Under the pieces are notes generated by a model, which was not told where the DNA came from, searched no databases, and was given only the letters and a program-made list of their open reading frames with translations. Below are positions 34,902 to 40,788 of a stretch of DNA of 40,788 nt, piece after piece. This DNA comes from a virus. Its lineage: Duplodnaviria; Caudoviricetes. The position numbers and the translations under genes were made by a program. Where the stretch lies: the IMG/VR virus record IMGVR_UViG_3300039239_000017, positions 1 through 40,788 of that record; one strand, 5' to 3'. The stretch's first letter is position 1, and each line of letters starts with the position of its first letter.

Positions 34902-36085
34902 GCGTCGCTAGTCTCCCGCACGATGCCGGCGGGCGGCACGTAGATGGTGGTCAGGTCTTTGACGTTGCCGTGGTAGTGGTCGTGCCACTTGTCTTCCTGC
35001 CGGCGGTTCCACGAGCGCAGCAGTCCGCGTTGGCACTTCGCCTCCTGGTGCTTGCCCGGTTCGTCGGCCTCGCCGAGGAACACCAGCTCCTCGCACCAGG
35101 TCGGCGCGATGAAGCAGTCTTCATCGTTCATGTCCGGCTCGGCCTCGAGCCGCTTGCCGTCCGAGCCATGGGCGGCCCTGCCAGACATGTGCGGCAGGTC
35201 GCCGCCAGCCCAATAGGCCGTTTCCGGCTCATAGGCATGGCAGAGGGCTGTGAGCGTCGTCTCGATTCCTTCGCCCATCACGATGCGTCGGGGCTTTTCA
35301 GGCGTGTAGAGCCGGATCGCGCCGCCCTGTTTGGTGCCGCGCATCTTCTTCGTTGGCGGCGCCTTCTTGTCGCCGGGCTGCAGCGGCAGCAGCAGCCTGC
35401 CCTTGGGCTGGTCGAGGTCGATCCAGGTCTGGTGCACCGCCCCGAACCGACCGTCGCGCATAGTGATCGCCGCGAGCATCACCGGGCCAGTGTGCAGAGT
35501 GCGATAGACCGTGTTTTCGAGCTCGTCCTTGACCGGGTGCACGTACTGAAGGCGGTCGTATTCCCTCAGCTGCAGGTCGTGCAGCGAGCGGATCGCCGGA
35601 TGGCCACTGAAGTCGAGGGCTCGGCGCTTGAGGTACGTGTCGACCATTCCGCCCGGCGGTAGCTTCCAGCCACTCTGCCAGATTATGTAACCGGCCTGCC
35701 GCGCCTTCTCGCGCTCGATCGTAGCGATGTGGGCGGCTTCCCTCTTTTTCGCCTCGGCCGCGGCGCGGTCCTCCGCCCACTTCTTGGGGTCGACCGGCGC
35801 CTTGGCCGTCCTGCCGGTGATCAGCTCGCAGGCCGCAACGAATTCGAGGTCCTCGACCAGCATCACCAGCTTGATGACACCCTGCCCGGAAATCCCGCAA
35901 TGCCGGCAGTTGAACACGTCCTTGACCGTGTTGATCGAGAAGCGATCGCTGCCGCCGCATTTCGGGCACGGGCCCGATCGATCCCGGCCGGGGCTCAACG
36001 TCCAGCGGTTCTGGATCGCCCAGCCCTCGCAGCTCCAGCGCATGGCCTCGTCGCGGATGGCCGCAAGTTCATCGGGCAAGCTCAT
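34898..36085 (-). CDS. DNA primase (zinc-binding + Toprim)
   Basis: GPCPKCGG.DRF, CRHC, YL..R, HQTW, GEGIETTL. Confidence 0.85.
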   Translation of the reverse strand: MSLPDELAAIRDEAMRWSCEGWAIQNRWTLSPGRDRSGPCPKCGGSDRFSINTVKDVFNCRHCGISGQGVIKLVMLVEDLEFVAACELITGRTAKAPVDPKKWAEDRAAAEAKKREAAHIATIEREKARQAGYIIWQSGWKLPPGGMVDTYLKRRALDFSGHPAIRSLHDLQLREYDRLQYVHPVKDELENTVYRTLHTGPVMLAAITMRDGRFGAVHQTWIDLDQPKGRLLLPLQPGDKKAPPTKKMRGTKQGGAIRLYTPEKPRRIVMGEGIETTLTALCHAYEPETAYWAGGDLPHMSGRAAHGSDGKRLEAEPDMNDEDCFIAPTWCEELVFLGEADEPGKHQEAKCQRGLLRSWNRRQEDKWHDHYHGNVKDLTTIYVPPAGIVRETSDA

Positions 36086-36101
36086 TGCGCCACCCTAGGG
36101 T

Positions 36102-36150
36102 TCGAACATTTTTGTTCGATTTCCCTTGCTGTTCGAACATTTTTGTGCGA
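36102..36150 (+). promoter_or_regulatory. Twin palindromic operators of hicAB
   Basis: TCGAACA-TTTT-TGTTCGA (36102-19) and TCGAACA-TTTT-TGTGCGA (36133-50) flanking TTGCTG. Confidence 0.75.
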
Positions 36151-36180
36151 CAAAGGACAGGTCGAAACGAGGGGCGTCAC

Positions 36181-36372
36181 ATGAAGCGCGATCAGTTCAT
36201 CCGGGAACTCAACAAGGAAGCCAAAGCGCTCGGCCTCGATCTCGTCGTCGACATGGCACGCGGCAAGGGCGGTCACTGCGTCGTCCGCCTCGCTGGCCAG
36301 TTCAGCGTCATCAAGAGTGGAGAAATCACTCCACTGATGGCAAAGATCATCCGCAAGCAGCTGGGGCTCTAG
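36181..36372 (+). CDS. hicA: HicA-family toxin
   Basis: 63 aa, GKGGH motif, ends IRKQLGL. Confidence 0.85.
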   Translation: MKRDQFIRELNKEAKALGLDLVVDMARGKGGHCVVRLAGQFSVIKSGEITPLMAKIIRKQLGL

Positions 36373-36411
36373 CCCCGGCCGCTGCTGCATATGGCCATGG
36401 AGGGCCACACC

Positions 36412-36852
36412 ATGCACCAGTCCTACCTTGCCCGGTTCCAGGAAGATGGAGAGGGCTTCGTCGTCACCTTCCCCGATTTTCCCGAGGCCAATACGGCCGG
36501 CGAGAACCTCGACGAGGCGGTCGCCAACGCGATCGACGCGCTCGAGGTGACGGTCCTGACCTACACCAAGGATATGCGGGCCCTGCCCGAGCCGCGGAAG
36601 CGCCCCGATGCTGGCGGCTCCTACCGCTGGGTTTCGATCGGCGCCGCCACGGCAGCCAAAGTCGCGTTCATCGAGGCCTTCCGCGCTTCCGGCACCACGC
36701 GCACTGCGCTTGCGGGCAAGCTCGGCAAGGCGGAAACAGAGGTCCGCCGCATGCTCGACCCCTACCACGCCACCAAGCTGCCGGCGCTCGAGGCCGGGCT
36801 GCGCGCCATGGGCAAGCAGTTCGTCATCTCGGTCGCCGACATCGCTGCCTGA
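36412..36852 (+). CDS. hicB: HicB-family antitoxin with C-terminal HTH
   Basis: FVVTFPDFPEA.T.G...DEA..NA.DAL; LA.KLG..ETEVRR.LDP. Confidence 0.9.
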   Translation: MHQSYLARFQEDGEGFVVTFPDFPEANTAGENLDEAVANAIDALEVTVLTYTKDMRALPEPRKRPDAGGSYRWVSIGAATAAKVAFIEAFRASGTTRTALAGKLGKAETEVRRMLDPYHATKLPALEAGLRAMGKQFVISVADIAA

Positions 36853-36858
36853 GGTGCC

Positions 36859-37074
36859 ATGAGCAACGAACCCGAGGCGCAGCTGTCCCGCTTTCGCGCC
36901 GGCGTGCGCCAGGCCAGGCACTACGGCAGGGCGCCACTGTGGCTCATCGAGCAGGCCGGCTCGATCGTGAGTTACCTTGAACGAACCAACCAGCCGGCGC
37001 ACCTCGTTGCAGAGGCGCGCGACCTGGTGGCTCAGGTCATGAAGATGCCCGCCGATGCGGCAGCCGACGACTAG
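36859..37074 (+). CDS. Hypothetical protein, third gene after hicAB
   Basis: GAGGT RBS, 6 nt after the hicB stop. Confidence 0.55.
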   Translation: MSNEPEAQLSRFRAGVRQARHYGRAPLWLIEQAGSIVSYLERTNQPAHLVAEARDLVAQVMKMPADAAADD

Positions 37075-37076
37075 CA

Positions 37077-37292
37077 TCAGCTCACCCGCTCGAACGCTGC
37101 CGCCTCGAGCGCGGCCGAGGCGTCGGCGAACCCGTGCGCCGCGAGGAAGCTGATCGCCTCGTCGAACGCGTCGGCGCGCGCGAGGAGCTGCAGCCGCTTT
37201 TCGTAGCGCACCACCGAGGTGTGGCCGCTGTTCAGCCTCGCCTCATGCGCTGCAACTTTCTCGGCCTCGGTCAGCTCGTTCCAGTCCTTCAT
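37077..37292 (-). CDS. Hypothetical phage protein
   Basis: ATGA-coupled ORF. Confidence 0.6.
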   Translation of the reverse strand: MKDWNELTEAEKVAAHEARLNSGHTSVVRYEKRLQLLARADAFDEAISFLAAHGFADASAALEAAAFERVS

Positions 37293-37513
37293 GGCACATC
37301 CTCCAGCAGCAGCGCTGCGAGCTTCACGGCCGAGGCTAGGCCTTCGACCAGCGTCTGGTTGTTGAGGGGCGGGGTCAGCCGGCGGTGCGTGATGTCGTCG
37401 ACCAGCGCCATGTCGCCATCGGGCAGCACCGAGCCGGGATCGAGCCGAAGATCCCTGAGCATCCGCTCGAACCGAGGGCGATGGAACGCCAAGACGACAT
37501 CACGACGGGCCAC
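37289..37513 (-). CDS. Hypothetical phage protein
   Basis: GTG 37513 just after the upstream stop. Confidence 0.55.
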   Translation of the reverse strand: MARRDVVLAFHRPRFERMLRDLRLDPGSVLPDGDMALVDDITHRRLTPPLNNQTLVEGLASAVKLAALLLEDVP

Positions 37514-37515
37514 AG

Positions 37516-38082
37516 CTAGAGGCGCTCCGGAAATCCGAAACGCTCGCTGGTGGCGTTGAACTTGGCGACGACAGCCGACTTCAGATCGATGCCGAAGTGA
37601 CACGCCAGATTGTCAGCCGCGCGATAGATCTGTCGCGCCCAGAACGCGCGGCCGTCCTCGTTGTCGTCAGGGTCTAGGCCGGCCCGCTTGAACAGCCAGT
37701 TGCCTAGCTGGCTGGGCGACTTCACGCTCGATGGATAGGTCCTGATGGCGAACTCGGTGTCCTCGCGCAGATCGTCGAAGTCGCTCTCAAGGAACACTGG
37801 CCGGTTGGGGAAGTCCCAGCCGACGCAGATGTCGAGATAGATCACGACGTCGGCCAGCTCGGTGCCGAGGCTCTCAACCAGCTCAATGCGCGACTGAGTG
37901 TTGCCTGCTAGGCCATCCCGATCGCGGTTGAGCTTCTTGACCACGTTTAGCGCCTCGCCCACCTCGCCGCCCAAGGCCAGCAGCCAGTCATCTAGGGACC
38001 ATGGTGGCGCACCTTCGGGGTGCCAGCGCCGGCATCGAGGGAGGTTATGTTCGCGTAGCCGCGCAAAGGTCAGATCAGCCAT
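37516..38082 (-). CDS. MazG-like nucleotide pyrophosphohydrolase
   Basis: GEVGEA.N.VKK, ELADVVIY, GIDL..AV..KFN. Confidence 0.8.
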   Translation of the reverse strand: MADLTFARLREHNLPRCRRWHPEGAPPWSLDDWLLALGGEVGEALNVVKKLNRDRDGLAGNTQSRIELVESLGTELADVVIYLDICVGWDFPNRPVFLESDFDDLREDTEFAIRTYPSSVKSPSQLGNWLFKRAGLDPDDNEDGRAFWARQIYRAADNLACHFGIDLKSAVVAKFNATSERFGFPERL

Positions 38083-38302
38083 CGATCTGCTCCATCGCTC
38101 GTGCGAAGCTCACGACGCGCGCACCCCTTCGCGTAGCACTGACATGGACCTCATCGGCAGCAGTCAGCATCAGGGTATCCGCCGCGACAGGATCGCCCGG
38201 TGACCATCCGTCTCGGATGTGCCGCAGGCCAAAATGCTGGCGCAGTTTCTCCGCGTGGCGCGTCTTTCCGCAGGCCATTGGTCCATGCACGATTACGCTC
38301 AT
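38075..38302 (-). CDS. Miniature P-loop protein
   Basis: VIVHGPMACGKT Walker A in a 75-aa ORF. Confidence 0.7.
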   Translation of the reverse strand: MSVIVHGPMACGKTRHAEKLRQHFGLRHIRDGWSPGDPVAADTLMLTAADEVHVSATRRGARVVSFARAMEQIDG

Positions 38303-38466
38303 TCGTCCTTCTCCATGTGTTCGAGTGCGAGGTTCAGCAGCCAGGCCATCTGCCCGGCCGAAATCCGCGCGTTGCTGAGGGCCGACGAGGGACGCTTGCG
38401 CAGCTCCCCGATCTCGTCGCGGCTGAGCGGAGTGGGTTTGGCGAGGCGATGATCGACCTTAGGCAT
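38299..38466 (-). CDS. 55-aa hypothetical protein (absent from the ORF track)
   Basis: MPKVDHRLAKPTPLSRDEIGELRK...MEKDE; overlaps both neighbours. Confidence 0.6.
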   Translation of the reverse strand: MPKVDHRLAKPTPLSRDEIGELRKRPSSALSNARISAGQMAWLLNLALEHMEKDE

Positions 38467-40786
38467 CAGCCGTCTCCTCGATACCGAGCACCCCGAACAA
38501 ATCCGGCGTGGCCAGCTCCTCGGCCATTCGTGCCACGTGGGCGCAGCCGTCGCGGAAGTAGCTGGGGTTGAGTTCGACGGCCCGGCCCTTCCTGCCGAGC
38601 TTCAGCGCGCGGTACGGCACGCTCATCACCCCGCCGAACGGGTCGAACACCGTCTCCCCGGGCTCGCTGTACTGGCGGATCGCCCGGTCGATGATGTCGA
38701 ACTGGAGCGGGCAGAGGTGCATCTCGCGCCCCTGCTGCGCCTGCAGGGTGTTCATCGACAGCATGCGCGCCACGTCGCTCCACACCTCGGGATGGTTCGA
38801 GTGCGGCGGCAGCAGCATGAAGTCGCTCGGCAGGCCGCTCGCCTCCTCCAGCCCTTCGGCGAGGTAGACGTGTCGCTCGATGTCGTAGACCGCGCCCAGG
38901 TCGTATTGCTTCCAGACCTTGTAGATGACATTGGCGTCGAGCCCGCGCAGCTCCTCCGGCGTCAGCAGTCGGTCGCCGCTCGACTTGCGGAAGCCATGGG
39001 CATCGAGCTGCCACCGGCCGCGCGAGTAGCCGTCATTGGACCAGCTACCAGCCTCGAACGCGCGCTTGGCCTTCTTCACCGGCTTGTCGGCATAGCCGTT
39101 CGAGTTGTCCGAAGGCGGCTTGCGGAACACGAGGCAATATTCGGGCAGCCCGTTGCCCATGCGCGAGCCGTCCTTGCACTGCTCAGACCAGCCGAGCCGA
39201 TAGGTCTGGTTGTTCTCGCGCACCACGTCGGTGGTCACGGTGACGCGGCTGAGGAAGGCCCAGCCGTGCTGCCGGAACCGCGCGACACAATCGTCCGAGA
39301 ACGGCGATACGGTCTGGAACCCCAGCCCAGTCAGCCCCCCGGGCACGATCCGGTCCTTGACGTGGATCATCGCCACGCGGCCCGGCGCCAGCACGCGCAA
39401 CAGCTCGGGGATCAGGAAATCCATCTGCGACCAGAAATGCCGGTCGTCGTCGGTGTGGCCGAAGTCCGCGTAGTTCGGGCTGTACTCGTACTGCGTCGAG
39501 AACGGGATCGAGGTGACGATCAGGTCAACCGAGTCGTCGGCCATCTGCCGCACTTCGTCGACACAGTCGTTATTGACGAGCGTAAAGAGATCGCCGCGCA
39601 CCTCGACGCGCTCGACCCCCATGCCACGCTTCAGCGACGAAGCCATGGCCACGGCCGAGAGGCCGTATTGCCGGATGATGTCTGTCATGATTGCCCGCTG
39701 TTCGTCGTGGCGGCGCCACTTGGCTTCGATGCTGTCGCGGATCGGCCGTTCGGCCTCCGTGTAGATCAGGTCGACCCGCACTTGGTGCCGCTGCAGGAAT
39801 CGGTAGCAGCGATGGATCGCCTGGATCAGGTCGTTGAACTTGTGGCCGATGCCGAGGAACACTTCCCAGTGGCAGTAGCGCTGGAAGTTGCAGCCCTGGC
39901 CGGCGATCACCGGCTTGGTCGAAAGCTCGCCGAGCCGCCCATAGGCAAAGTCGGTCAGCCGCTTCTCGCGCTCGTCGAGGTCCTGCGACCCCCATACCGA
40001 TTTGACGCTGGCGCCGATCGCAGCCTCGATTGCGTGACGCTCGGCCTCGAGGTCATGCCAGATCACCCGGTGCGCATCCGGGTCGAGCGCCCGCAGCTCC
40101 ATCAGCTTGGCCACCCGCACCGATAGGCTTTCACGCTTCTCCCGCGCTGCGTCGCTCAACGACGCTGCTGCATTCTTAAGTAGCCGCCCCTGACCCGATT
40201 TCTCGGTACCGGCGGTCAGGTGGTTCGACGGCAGCTCGTGCCAGTGGATATCGAGCCCGGGCAGCTCGTAGCCCTCATCGGAGAACCCGAGATCCGATGG
40301 CCGCTCGACGAACAGCCCCCAGCTCGCGACCCACAGCCAGAACTCGCGTTCCTTGTGCCGGTGGATGGTCAGGCTGTCGGCCTTCTCGCTATTCCGCTTG
40401 AAGAACCGGGTCTTCGCCTGCCCGATATCCATCACCTCGAGGAACGCCGAGTAGGCCAGCAGCTCGATGTATTCGTTCGGGCTTGGCGTGGCCGTGGCGA
40501 CGAACTTGTAGCCCATGCCGTCGAACAGCCGCATGAACTCGCGGAAGGTCTTGCTGCCGCCGAACCCGCGCAGGCACGAGGCCTCGTCGAGCGACACGCC
40601 GCCGAACACCAGCGGGTCGATCTTCCCGTCTCGGATGCTCTCGTAGTTGGCCAGATAGTGCCCGGCGCCATGCACCTCGACGGTGCGGCGGATGAATTTC
40701 AGGTCGATCCCTCGGCCGGGGCCAGCCGCAAGCCACGTGGCAAGCTCGGCGCGCTGCTCGTCGGTGATGTCGGGGTGGTCACCGAT
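38459..40786 (-). CDS. SF2/SNF2-like helicase fused to an N4/N6 DNA methyltransferase (5'-truncated)
   Basis: LDEAS, TATPSPN, QAIHRC.RF; TSIPF (motif IV) and FDPFGG (motif I); frame open to the window edge. Confidence 0.88.
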   Translation of the reverse strand: MGDHPDITDEQRAELATWLAAGPGRGIDLKFIRRTVEVHGAGHYLANYESIRDGKIDPLVFGGVSLDEASCLRGFGGSKTFREFMRLFDGMGYKFVATATPSPNEYIELLAYSAFLEVMDIGQAKTRFFKRNSEKADSLTIHRHKEREFWLWVASWGLFVERPSDLGFSDEGYELPGLDIHWHELPSNHLTAGTEKSGQGRLLKNAAASLSDAAREKRESLSVRVAKLMELRALDPDAHRVIWHDLEAERHAIEAAIGASVKSVWGSQDLDEREKRLTDFAYGRLGELSTKPVIAGQGCNFQRYCHWEVFLGIGHKFNDLIQAIHRCYRFLQRHQVRVDLIYTEAERPIRDSIEAKWRRHDEQRAIMTDIIRQYGLSAVAMASSLKRGMGVERVEVRGDLFTLVNNDCVDEVRQMADDSVDLIVTSIPFSTQYEYSPNYADFGHTDDDRHFWSQMDFLIPELLRVLAPGRVAMIHVKDRIVPGGLTGLGFQTVSPFSDDCVARFRQHGWAFLSRVTVTTDVVRENNQTYRLGWSEQCKDGSRMGNGLPEYCLVFRKPPSDNSNGYADKPVKKAKRAFEAGSWSNDGYSRGRWQLDAHGFRKSSGDRLLTPEELRGLDANVIYKVWKQYDLGAVYDIERHVYLAEGLEEASGLPSDFMLLPPHSNHPEVWSDVARMLSMNTLQAQQGREMHLCPLQFDIIDRAIRQYSEPGETVFDPFGGVMSVPYRALKLGRKGRAVELNPSYFRDGCAHVARMAEELATPDLFGVLGIEETADA

Positions 40787-40788
40787 CG

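Larger units (their letters stand above)
1084..40788 (-). mobile_element. Lambda-like siphovirus prophage (right end outside the window)
   Basis: Ordered replication, packaging, head, tail and lysis modules. Confidence 0.95.

Noticed and set aside
36100-36150. LexA box upstream of hicA
   Set aside because: GTTC spacing is 10 nt, not 7; palindromic operators fit better
36082-37077. 331-aa minus-strand ORF appearing to continue the early operon
   Set aside because: Shadow of the clearly recognisable hicAB genes
1-40788. CRISPR array, intact tRNA/rRNA, IS element
   Set aside because: No spaced repeats, cloverleaf or transposase recognised

Overview
High-GC alphaproteobacterial DNA (host assignment inferred from LexA-box, ECF-promoter and gene-family style; probably Hyphomicrobiales). 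Bases 1-~1083 are host chromosome: the 3' end of a dihydroxyacetone kinase gene, a small secreted-protein gene and a probable sRNA. At 1084-1103 is a tRNA-fMet-like 3'-end remnant (probable att site). The rest is a lambda-like, cos-packaging siphovirus prophage, mostly on the minus strand, that runs off the right edge. From right to left it has early/replication genes (helicase-methylase fusion, MazG-like, primase, P4/D5 helicase, ori), an inverted hicAB cassette, a NusG-type late regulator with a structured leader, cos, terminase, head, tail, a modular fibre, a glycosyltransferase moron, lysis genes, and a ~6 kb accessory region. The most notable signals are: (1) four units of 'EcfG/sigmaT-type promoter -> ORF-less 65-130 nt RNA with C-rich anti-Shine-Dalgarno loops', three of them in the prophage; (2) a two-gene DUF4365-nuclease + HicA-like/OB-like candidate defence module next to att; (3) a tail-chaperone frameshift whose -1 frame runs into the tape-measure gene; (4) a primase whose last Toprim motif lies in the next gene. 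All calls were made by eye with no database searches.
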